A DNA stretch of 64,000 nt from Paludibacter sp. Its GTDB lineage: Bacteria; Bacteroidota; Bacteroidia; Bacteroidales; Paludibacteraceae. Positions 56,414 to 64,000 of the stretch are shown here, one piece after another. Every line of letters starts with the position of its first letter. Within the stretch, counting starts at the first letter, position 1. Below the pieces are notes generated by a model, which saw nothing but the letters and a program-made list of their open reading frames with translations, did no database searches and was not told the DNA's origin. The stretch covers positions 2,220 through 66,219 of the forward strand of contig JAYFQH010000026.1 of NCBI GenBank assembly GCA_034927265.1. Reading direction: 5' to 3'. Made by a program: the position numbers and the translations under genes.

Positions 56414-57289
56414 TTAAAAGAAGAACAAACTGACCCCGATGATACTGACGATGGCGCCAATAACATGATGAGGGGTGATTTTCTCTTTGAACATAATGGC
56501 AGAAGGAATGATGATGAAGACCGGTACCAATGCCATAAATGTGGATGCAATACCTGTCTGTGTGTTCTGAATGGCAAACAACGAAAGCGTAATTCCAAGA
56601 AAGGGTCCGAAAAAGGCTCCGATTGAAACCGACTTGAAACCGTTTCTGTCTCTGAGTGCTTCCATCACTTTCGGCCATCTTCCTATTATGGTGATCAAAA
56701 TGATAAAACAGACCATTCCGAAAACTATTCTGATCTGAGTTGCCGAAATCGGATCATAGTCGCCGATGCCTTTTTTACTTAAGATGAGTCCCACAGCTTG
56801 TCCCACAGCTCCACCAAAAGCATACAACAGACCTTTAAGTGGTACGCGGATCTTCAATCGACGGTCGGCTATGGCAATCACAATTCCGGAGATGCTGACG
56901 ATGATGGCGAGAATACTTTTGAGAGAAAGAATCTCTTCGAGGAAAAACCATCCTATGGTAGCAGTGATGACAGGCACTGTACTCATAATCAGTGTGGCAG
57001 TTCGTGATCCTATCAGTAAATATGATTTGAATAGTAATAAATCGCCAATAAATAATCCAACTACACCTGATAACCCCAACCAAAACCATTGGTATGCCGT
57101 GGCATCAGTAGGAAAAAATGTGTGTTTGGTAAAAAGCAGGGTGACTCCCAATAGCAGGAATGCCCATACCAACCGGATGATATTTACCGACAAAGAGCCA
57201 ATCTTCCGGCCAGCCTTTTCAAAGAATAAAGCACTGAGAGTCCAGCAGATGGCTACAACAAGCGCGGAGATTTCACCAAGGAAGTTCAT
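56414..57289 (-). CDS. EamA/DMT family transporter
   Basis: The ATG at 57289 gives 291 aa with about 10 TM helices and duplicated EamA-like halves. The upstream part of the six-frame ORF is AT-rich non-coding. Confidence 0.8.
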   Translation of the reverse strand: MNFLGEISALVVAICWTLSALFFEKAGRKIGSLSVNIIRLVWAFLLLGVTLLFTKHTFFPTDATAYQWFWLGLSGVVGLFIGDLLLFKSYLLIGSRTATLIMSTVPVITATIGWFFLEEILSLKSILAIIVSISGIVIAIADRRLKIRVPLKGLLYAFGGAVGQAVGLILSKKGIGDYDPISATQIRIVFGMVCFIILITIIGRWPKVMEALRDRNGFKSVSIGAFFGPFLGITLSLFAIQNTQTGIASTFMALVPVFIIIPSAIMFKEKITPHHVIGAIVSIIGVSLFFF

Positions 57290-57458
57290 TATATAGTGAT
57301 AAGTGATTTTAGCCTGCAAATGTAATACATTTCTGAATGTTATATGCCGTGAACAAAAAAATAAAGTTTTGTTATCTGACCAGTGAAGTATGCTGTATAA
57401 TTCTATCATTATTATTTTCATGAACTTTATTACAATTTATTTCTTTAAAATAAAGTCT

Positions 57459-57466
57459 TATCTTTG
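57459..57466 (+). promoter_or_regulatory. Candidate -7 box TATCTTTG
   Basis: TAnnTTTG match 50 nt upstream of the rlmB ATG. Confidence 0.45.
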
Positions 57467-57473
57467 CAAAAAA

Positions 57474-57508
57474 TATCGCTATTACCTATTCGCTATTCAT
57501 TATTCACT
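57474..57508. repeat. Five tandem heptamers (TATCGCT ATTACCT ATTCGCT ATTCATT ATTCACT) in the rlmB 5' leader
   Basis: Exact period 7, read directly, between the -7 box and the ATG at 57516. Confidence 0.75.
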
Positions 57509-57515
57509 AAATAAA

Positions 57516-58283
57516 ATGATTCCCCACTACCAAAAGAAAGCCCGTCCCGAAAAGGACATGATATTTGGCATACGTGCTGTAATTGAAGCCATTCAGGCCG
57601 GAAAAGACATTGATAAGATACTGCTTCGCAGGGATATGTCGAGCGAACTGGCACGCGAGCTTTTTGCTATACTCGAAGGAATGAACGTTCCTGTACAAAA
57701 AGTTCCGCTCGAAAAGCTCAATCGCATCACCATGAAAAACCATCAGGGAGTGATTGCCTTTATTTCGCCGGTGACTTATCAACGTATTGAGGACATCATT
57801 CCCGGAATATATGAGGAAGGGCGTGTCCCGTTTATTGTGGTGCTCGACAACGTAACTGATGTCCGAAACTTCGGAGCTATTGCCCGTACCTGCGAATGTG
57901 CGGGTGTAGATGCTATCGTGGTTCCCATGAAAGGTGGTGCCGCTTTGAATGCTGATGCTGTGAAAACCTCTGCCGGAGCTTTGTTGAAAATACCCGTTTG
58001 TCGTGAAGAAAGCATTTCTAATGCTCTGAAATTTCTCTCTTTTTCAGGCATAAAGCTCATCGCTGCTACTGAGAAAACAGATCAGAACTATACGAAGGTG
58101 GATATGAAAGATCCGGTGGCTATTGTCATGGGTTCAGAGGATGAAGGCATTGCCCCGGAGCACTTACGTCTTTGTAATGAACTGGTGAGTATACCTCTTG
58201 CCGGAACCATTGAATCGCTCAATGTGTCGGTTGCGGCAGGAGTGCTGATTTATGAAGTGATCAGACAACGTTTAATCGTTTAA
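57516..58283 (+). CDS. rlmB: TrmH-family 23S rRNA (guanosine-2'-O)-methyltransferase RlmB
   Basis: MIFGIRAVIEAIQAGKDI N-terminal SpoU-substrate-binding motif. SpoU methylase motifs are present: LDNVTDVRNFGAIARTC, IVMGSEDEGI and IPLAGTIESLNVSVAAGVLIYE. Confidence 0.88.
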   Translation: MIPHYQKKARPEKDMIFGIRAVIEAIQAGKDIDKILLRRDMSSELARELFAILEGMNVPVQKVPLEKLNRITMKNHQGVIAFISPVTYQRIEDIIPGIYEEGRVPFIVVLDNVTDVRNFGAIARTCECAGVDAIVVPMKGGAALNADAVKTSAGALLKIPVCREESISNALKFLSFSGIKLIAATEKTDQNYTKVDMKDPVAIVMGSEDEGIAPEHLRLCNELVSIPLAGTIESLNVSVAAGVLIYEVIRQRLIV

Positions 58284-58334
58284 TCGTTGAACTGTTTAAT
58301 CGATTCAACAATTCAACAATTCAACAGTTCAACA
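58270..58334. repeat. Composite tandem octamer repeats: GTTTAATC x3 and ATTCAACA x4, with a 9 bp inverted pair (gttgaactg / cagttcaac)
   Basis: Read directly. GTTTAATC at 58270, 58278 and 58294. ATTCAACA units at 58303-58334. 58286-58294 is the reverse complement of 58326-58334. The array spans the rlmB stop and the leader of the pseudouridine synthase gene. Confidence 0.75.
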
Positions 58335-58340
58335 TCAATC

Positions 58341-59018
58341 ATGACCATTCTCTACGAAGACAACCACATCATAGCCGTCAATAAATCTACTTCGGAGATT
58401 GTACAGGGCGACAAAACAGGCGATGAGCCGCTTTCGGATACCATTAAGAAGTATCTGAAAGAAAAATACAACAAGCCCGGAGATGTATTTCTCGGTGTAA
58501 CCCATCGACTCGACCGCCCGGTGAGCGGGGTGGTGTTATTTGCCAAAACAGGCAAAGCGCTTACCCGCCTCAATGATATGTTTCGCAATCAGGAGGTAAA
58601 AAAGACCTATTGGGCAATTGTGAAACAACAGCCAGAAAAACATGAAGGACGCCTCGAACATTATATGGTGCGCAATGAAAAGCAAAACAAATCAATGGCT
58701 TATGATAAAATGGTGCCTAATGCAAAAAAAGCTGCCCTTACCTATAAGTTGATTGCCAAATCAGATACTTTCTTTTTGCTTGAAGTGCATCTCGAAACCG
58801 GACGTCATCATCAGATCCGGTGTCAACTGGCTAAAATGGGTTGTCCCATCAAAGGAGACCTCAAGTATGGTTTTCCACGTTCCAACGCTAATGGAGGTAT
58901 TTCTTTACATGCACGAAATGTTGAGTTTATTCATCCGGTTTCAAAAGAACTGATTCAGATTACTGCTCCTGTGCCGGAAGATGATAAGTTGTGGGGAGCT
59001 ATGGAGAAAATGGTGTGA
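58341..59018 (+). CDS. RluA family pseudouridine synthase
   Basis: The ATG at 58341 gives MTILYEDNHIIAVNK. The catalytic motif HRLDRPVSG and the HQIRCQL motif are present. Confidence 0.88.
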   Translation: MTILYEDNHIIAVNKSTSEIVQGDKTGDEPLSDTIKKYLKEKYNKPGDVFLGVTHRLDRPVSGVVLFAKTGKALTRLNDMFRNQEVKKTYWAIVKQQPEKHEGRLEHYMVRNEKQNKSMAYDKMVPNAKKAALTYKLIAKSDTFFLLEVHLETGRHHQIRCQLAKMGCPIKGDLKYGFPRSNANGGISLHARNVEFIHPVSKELIQITAPVPEDDKLWGAMEKMV

Positions 59019-59046
59019 GATACCTGAATTATTTTTACGGACATTC

Positions 59047-59089
59047 ATCCCGGAATTCTATTATAGAGTTTCGGGATTTTAGTTTTTTT
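59047..59089 (+). terminator. Intrinsic terminator candidate (atcccgg...tcgggat stem followed by a T-rich run)
   Basis: A 6-7 bp stem at 59047-59053 / 59071-59077 is followed by ttttagttttttt. Confidence 0.45.
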
Positions 59090-59168
59090 ATGATTGAGTG
59101 CTTTGATAATAATTGTATTTTTGTGTCTGTATAAACCTCAAAACCTGAATCATCTTAACTATATTCTT

Positions 59169-60104
59169 ATGGATAATTTAGCTGTTTTACCTTCTGATTT
59201 TAATATTGATAACAAGATTTACACAATTCGTGGAGTACAGGTGATGATTGATAGTCACTTGGCTGAATTATATGGAGTTGATGTCAAAAGAATCAACGAA
59301 CAGGTAAAAAGAAATATTGAACGGTTCCCTAAAATGTTTATGTTTCAACTGACTGAGAATGAATGGGAGTATCTGAAGAATCTGTTGGTTGAAAACAAAA
59401 GTAATAAACAGAATATTTCTCTAAGGTCGCAATTTGCGACCTTAGAAAAACAACAAGGAAAACATAGAAAATATCTTCCATATGTATTTACGGAACAGGG
59501 TGTTGCGATGCTGTCTGCGGTTCTTAAAAGTCAAACAGCCGTTAAAGTAAGTGTTCAGATTATCCATGCTTTTGTTGAAATGAGAAGGTACCTGTCTGAT
59601 AATGCTTATGTTTTTGCCAGACTTGACAGCATTGAAAAACATCAGATAGAAAATGATCTTAAATTTAATGAGATATTTAAGGCTTTAGAACAAACAGATA
59701 TTCAACCTGAAAAAGGTATTTTTTTTGACGGTCAGATCTTCGATGCGTATAAATTCATCTCCGATCTGATCCGTAAAGCTACAAAATCGATTATATTGAT
59801 CGATAATTATATTGATGATAATATGCTGACAATGTTTTCTAAAAGAAATGAAGGCGTAAAACTGACTATCTACACAAAGCAGCTAAACAAACAGATGATT
59901 TTGGATGTTCAAAAATTCAATCAGCAATATGCGCCTGTGGAAATCATTGAAATGAAACTGGCACACGACCGGTTTCTCATCATTGATCACACAGAGCTAT
60001 ATCACATAGGTGCATCACTAAAAGATCTTGGGAGAAAATGGTTTGCTTTTTCAAAAATGAATTCGGAAATACTACCTTTATTAAACAAATTAAATATGGG
60101 GTAA
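59169..60104 (+). CDS. ORF6N (KilA-N-related) domain protein with a C-terminal degenerate HKD/PLD-like module
   Basis: The ATG at 59169 is the likely start. ORF6N motifs are IYTIRGVQVMIDSHLAELYGV, RFPKMFMFQLT and RKYLPYVFTEQGVAMLS. The C-terminal HDRFLIID (nt 59964-59987) has HxKxxxxD spacing with K replaced by R, followed by HIGASLKDLG. Confidence 0.7.
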   Translation: MDNLAVLPSDFNIDNKIYTIRGVQVMIDSHLAELYGVDVKRINEQVKRNIERFPKMFMFQLTENEWEYLKNLLVENKSNKQNISLRSQFATLEKQQGKHRKYLPYVFTEQGVAMLSAVLKSQTAVKVSVQIIHAFVEMRRYLSDNAYVFARLDSIEKHQIENDLKFNEIFKALEQTDIQPEKGIFFDGQIFDAYKFISDLIRKATKSIILIDNYIDDNMLTMFSKRNEGVKLTIYTKQLNKQMILDVQKFNQQYAPVEIIEMKLAHDRFLIIDHTELYHIGASLKDLGRKWFAFSKMNSEILPLLNKLNMG

Positions 60105-60175
60105 TAATTCATTCAATATTGAATTTTAGAGTTTAGTTTTACCCAAAACCTAACAATCTTTCACTTCAAAACATT

Positions 60176-60943
60176 TTAAAATCTGGCTTTTAAGGTCAAT
60201 CCTACTGAAGCCGATGTGTTAAAGTTCTGAATTGAAGCCGGTTGAATATACGGACTGAGTTTTAATTCAAAGGAGGAAAGGTTCTGAAGATCCCGCATAT
60301 ACATATTCTTTACTTTCGCTACACGTACAGCATCGACTATACTATAAATGTCAACAGTTATCAAACCGATAAGTCCACCAATAGCTAATACGGTTCCCAT
60401 TCCCATAACGGAGGTATTTACGTCACCACTATAAGGGTCCATACTTCCCAGTACCATTGCTCCTCCAATTCCGTAAATAAGGGCACATCCTACTGAACCA
60501 CCCAAAAAGCTGAAACCTCTTCCTACTTCGCCGGATATCATTTGTCCTAAACCGGGAATGAAGAATGAACATAATCCGGCAGCAAAAAGGTTATGTGGAT
60601 CGCTATAATGTGGCGTATAGAGGTTGTAATCGTATTTTTCCTTAAGTTCTTTGTACATCATTCCCGGACGAATTCCTTCCGGAAAGCTCTTTTGGGCTTT
60701 GTCGTTTTGAGTAAATACCTCTTTGTTACCATTTTCATATTTAATCAAAAAAACATCGTTAATAGGTAGTGTATAAATAGGTCCTTCCAGATTATCGAAT
60801 TTCTTGTACTTGATTTCAGTCTGGGTTATCTCGATGATCTTAGCGTTGATGTCGTCTCCGTTTAACTTCGTGATAACGTCCTGAGAATAAACGCCGGAGA
60901 TGAAGAAGAGTCCCGAAAGGACAGCATACATTACTTTTTTCAT
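60176..60943 (-). CDS. Hypothetical membrane protein (signal peptide, soluble N-domain, Gly-rich TM2-like C-terminal region)
   Basis: MKKVMYAVLSGLFFISGVYSQ signal, with C-terminal hydrophobic segments FIPGLGQMISGEVGRGFSFLGG and VLAIGGLIGLITV. Confidence 0.55.
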   Translation of the reverse strand: MKKVMYAVLSGLFFISGVYSQDVITKLNGDDINAKIIEITQTEIKYKKFDNLEGPIYTLPINDVFLIKYENGNKEVFTQNDKAQKSFPEGIRPGMMYKELKEKYDYNLYTPHYSDPHNLFAAGLCSFFIPGLGQMISGEVGRGFSFLGGSVGCALIYGIGGAMVLGSMDPYSGDVNTSVMGMGTVLAIGGLIGLITVDIYSIVDAVRVAKVKNMYMRDLQNLSSFELKLSPYIQPASIQNFNTSASVGLTLKARF

Positions 60944-61091
60944 TTTAAATAAGTTTTAATGGTTTGCGATGATTATGGCTTGTATTAAGATTTTAATAAA
61001 ATCACACAAAATTAAAATAAAATTTATTAAATACAAGCATGTCCTCTGAAAAATGCCATCAGTAATGAATATAATTGCAAAAAAATAGATT

Positions 61092-61099
61092 TATCTTTG
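61092..61099 (+). promoter_or_regulatory. Candidate -7 box TATCTTTG
   Basis: TAnnTTTG match only 9 nt upstream of the mutS2 ATG at 61108, which implies a near-leaderless transcript if it is used. Confidence 0.4.
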
Positions 61100-61107
61100 C
61101 AGCCAAT

Positions 61108-63540
61108 ATGCTATATCCTAAGAATTTCGAACATAAAACAGATTTTACTTCTATTCGCCTTATCCTTCTGGAGAAATGTATTTCGACATTAGGGAAAGAA
61201 AAGGTGGATGATATTGCTTTTTCCTCCGATTATAGTTTAGTGACGAAATGGCTCAGTGAGACGGATGAAATGCTGCGTTTGATGAACAATGCCGATGAAG
61301 CGCTTCCGATGGGTGATTTCTTTGATGTCCGTGAGGGCTTGTCGAGGGTGAGGGTGGAAGGACTATTTCTGGATGAACGTGAGGTGTTTGAACTTCGCAG
61401 GGCTTTGGAGGCGGTACGTAGGATGGTGGATTACATTGCCAAACAGGAAGTGTCACTTTATCCGCATTTGCACGAATTATTGGTTGGTGTCAATCTTTTT
61501 CCCGAAATCATCCGGCAGATAGATAGTATTCTTGATAAATTCGGAAAAATAAAGGACCATGCTACACACGAACTGACACGCATCCGCAGGGAAATGCTGC
61601 AGGTGCAGAGTTCTGTCTCGCGTTCGCTGAATGCGATACTGCGTCAGGCACAGGTGGATGGTTATGTTGAAAAGGATGTGACGCCTACGGTGCGCGAAGG
61701 CCGTTTGGTGATTCCTGTTTCTCCTGCCTTCAAAAGAAAAATTTCAGGGATTGTGCATGATGAATCGGCAAGTGGCAAGACCGTTTTTATTGAACCGGCA
61801 CAGGTGGTAGAAGCGAATAACCGCATTCGTGAACTGGAAGGAGAGGAGCGAAGGGAAATCATCCGCATCCTGATTGAATTCACGAATTTTGTGCGTCCTT
61901 ACACTGAGCAAATTGTACAATCCCAGTATTTCCTGGGCGAAATTGATTTTTTACGCAGTAAAGCTTTGTTTGCCGAACAGATTCATGCCATCAAACCAAG
62001 ACTTGATGATGTATGTCAGCTGGAATGGAACAAAGCGATACATCCCCTGCTTTTTCTTTCTTTACAGAAACAAAACAAGCAGATAGTTCCTCTGGATATT
62101 GTATTAAATGAAAAGCAAAGAATCCTGCTGATTTCGGGTCCGAATGCCGGCGGTAAATCTGTGTGTCTGAAAACAGTGGTGTTGTTGCAATACATGCTGC
62201 AATGCGGATTACTGATTCCGGTACACGATAGCAGCCGTTGCGGTATCTTCGAACGTTTATTTATTGATATAGGCGATGAACAGTCTATCGAAAATGATCT
62301 TTCAACCTATAGTTCGCATCTGCTCAACATGAAGTTCTTTGTCCGTAACAGTCAGGAAAAAACCTTGCTGCTGATTGATGAGTTCGGAACAGGAACTGAA
62401 CCGATGATAGGTGGTGCCATTGCCGAAGCAACGCTGGAAAGATTCAACCTTAATAAAGCCTTTGGGGTGATTACCACACATTACACCAACCTCAAGCATT
62501 TTGCGGAAGATGCTGAAGGCATTGTAAACGGCGCCATGTTGTACGATCGTCAGCACTTGCAACCCTTGTTCCAGTTGCAAATTGGCAATCCCGGCTCCTC
62601 ATTTGCCATTGAGATTGCCCGTAAAATAGGTTTACCTGAAGATCTGATTGCTGATGCCGCAGATAAAGTTGGTTCGGAGCATCTCGATTATGATAAACAC
62701 TTGCAGGACATTGTGCGTGACAAACGTTACTGGGAAAACAAACGTCAGCAAATTCGTATCAAAGAAAAGAAACTGGAAGAATTGGTATTGAAGTACGAAT
62801 CGGACATGGCGGAGATCAATCGACAGAAGAAAGAGATTACGCAGAAAGCCAAAGTGGAAGCTCAGCAGTTGCTGGCAGATGCTAATGCTAAGATAGAAAA
62901 TACCATCCGTCAGATCAAAGAAACGCAGGCAGACAAAGAAAAAACAAAAATCATCCGTAAAGAATTACAGGATTTCAAAGAAAAGATCAATATTCAGCCG
63001 GAGCTTGAGGCTCGTAAACCGAAAATTATCCTTCAAAACAGGCAAAAACCTCATACAGTAAAAGAAGAGAAACCTTTATTTGCTGTCGGGATGCAGGTGC
63101 GTCTGAAAAATCAATCGGCTACGGGTACTATTCTTGAATTGCAGGATAAAAATGCGTTGGTGGCTTTCGGGCAATTAAAGTCGACCGTAAAGCTATCGCA
63201 ACTGGAAGCAATCAGCAATAATCAGTTGAAGAAGGAAAATCGAAAACATCAAGCTGCCGATACAGTAACAGAAGAAGTAAGGCAGCGAAAACTCAATTTT
63301 AAATCGGAGATTGATGTGCGTGGTATGCGTGGCGAAGAAGCCCTTCAGGCAGTAATGTATTTCGTCGATGATGCCCTGATGGTGGGAGTTTCTTCCGTAC
63401 GTATTTTGCATGGTACCGGTACCGGAGCATTGCGTCAGCTTATCCGTCAATATCTTGGAACTGTGCATGGCGTAAAAAGTACACGCGATGAACATGTACA
63501 GTTTGGCGGAGCAGGAATAACCATCGTGGAACTCGACTAA
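61108..63540 (+). CDS. mutS2: Endonuclease MutS2 (MutS ATPase plus C-terminal Smr domain)
   Basis: Walker A ISGPNAGGKS, LLLIDEFGTGTEP, a coiled-coil region, and a C-terminal Smr domain (IDVRGMRGEEAL...ILHGTGTGALR). Confidence 0.92.
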   Translation: MLYPKNFEHKTDFTSIRLILLEKCISTLGKEKVDDIAFSSDYSLVTKWLSETDEMLRLMNNADEALPMGDFFDVREGLSRVRVEGLFLDEREVFELRRALEAVRRMVDYIAKQEVSLYPHLHELLVGVNLFPEIIRQIDSILDKFGKIKDHATHELTRIRREMLQVQSSVSRSLNAILRQAQVDGYVEKDVTPTVREGRLVIPVSPAFKRKISGIVHDESASGKTVFIEPAQVVEANNRIRELEGEERREIIRILIEFTNFVRPYTEQIVQSQYFLGEIDFLRSKALFAEQIHAIKPRLDDVCQLEWNKAIHPLLFLSLQKQNKQIVPLDIVLNEKQRILLISGPNAGGKSVCLKTVVLLQYMLQCGLLIPVHDSSRCGIFERLFIDIGDEQSIENDLSTYSSHLLNMKFFVRNSQEKTLLLIDEFGTGTEPMIGGAIAEATLERFNLNKAFGVITTHYTNLKHFAEDAEGIVNGAMLYDRQHLQPLFQLQIGNPGSSFAIEIARKIGLPEDLIADAADKVGSEHLDYDKHLQDIVRDKRYWENKRQQIRIKEKKLEELVLKYESDMAEINRQKKEITQKAKVEAQQLLADANAKIENTIRQIKETQADKEKTKIIRKELQDFKEKINIQPELEARKPKIILQNRQKPHTVKEEKPLFAVGMQVRLKNQSATGTILELQDKNALVAFGQLKSTVKLSQLEAISNNQLKKENRKHQAADTVTEEVRQRKLNFKSEIDVRGMRGEEALQAVMYFVDDALMVGVSSVRILHGTGTGALRQLIRQYLGTVHGVKSTRDEHVQFGGAGITIVELD

Positions 63541-63593
63541 TAATTTTACCCTGTTTCATTGAAATTTTATTTTCACTCATCAAAAAAAAATCC

Positions 63594-63601
63594 TATCTTT
63601 G
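63594..63601 (+). promoter_or_regulatory. Candidate -7 box TATCTTTG
   Basis: TAnnTTTG match 83 nt upstream of the eno ATG. Confidence 0.4.
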
Positions 63602-63674
63602 TGCCCGGAAAAAAGGTTGACGTTTAATGCGTGTAATCCTTATCAGATAAGAAGAACAATTAATAATTTCATAA

Positions 63675-64000
<326 letters not shown>

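Noticed and set aside
56318-56626. A 102 aa ORF (+), plus several small - strand ORFs at the EamA 3' end
   Set aside because: They overlap the EamA transporter CDS or the short intergenic region, have highly charged low-complexity composition and no motifs, and are most likely spurious.
60978-61038. A 9 bp inverted repeat (gcttgtatt / aatacaagc) in the divergent region upstream of mutS2
   Set aside because: It is short, AT-rich and separated by ~43 nt of A/T-rich sequence, so it falls within chance expectation for this composition. It does not belong to the heptamer repeat family.

Overview
This is a Bacteroidota chromosomal segment. The evidence is SusC/SusD pairs, two hybrid two-component sensors (HTCS), T9SS C-terminal sorting domains, lipoprotein signal peptides and TAnnTTTG -7 promoter boxes. 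By eye I found no rRNA, tRNA, CRISPR array, transposase or integrase.

Layout:
- 1-13.2 kb, + strand: a tightly packed sulfated-glycosaminoglycan-type operon. It holds a 5'-truncated HTCS, GH88, a PL12-like heparinase II/III protein, two Ser-type sulfatases, a PL8-like lyase with a T9SS C-terminal domain (CTD), and an unexplained PHP-type metallohydrolase lipoprotein.
- 13.2-16.1 kb: an intergenic hairpin array and small accessory genes (DUF4256-like, DCC oxidoreductase, lipoproteins).
- 16.2-22.9 kb, - strand: tamB and a TamL-type Omp85 gene, with a four-helix-bundle (23S rRNA IVS-type) gene between them, bracketed by inverted heptamer arrays.
- 23-25 kb: lactonase and nagB.
- 25.1-45.7 kb, - strand: a large polysaccharide utilization locus (PUL). 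Transcription order is HTCS, GH43-like, SusC, SusD, two T9SS cargo proteins, a CBM32/clan GH-A enzyme, and a GH88-DUF2264 fusion. It contains no recognisable polysaccharide lyase.
- 45.9-48.2 kb: a secreted Ca-binding-motif protein of unknown function and a small lipoprotein, divergent from the HTCS.
- 48.2-64 kb: housekeeping and envelope genes (AsmA, LolE-like permease, aminotransferase, TonB-dependent receptor, EamA, RlmB, RluA-family, MutS2, partial enolase), interrupted by an ORF6N protein with a degenerate HKD-like C-terminal domain.

The most unusual signal is a dispersed family of period-7/8 tandem and inverted repeats (TTCAACT, CTCCACT, ATTCACT, GTGATAA units) at gene boundaries. One copy carries the four-helix-bundle gene and supplies the tamL start codon. 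The other copies are cargo-less hairpins in 5' leaders and PUL intergenic regions.

All protein family calls come from motif recognition in the supplied translations. No database search was run.
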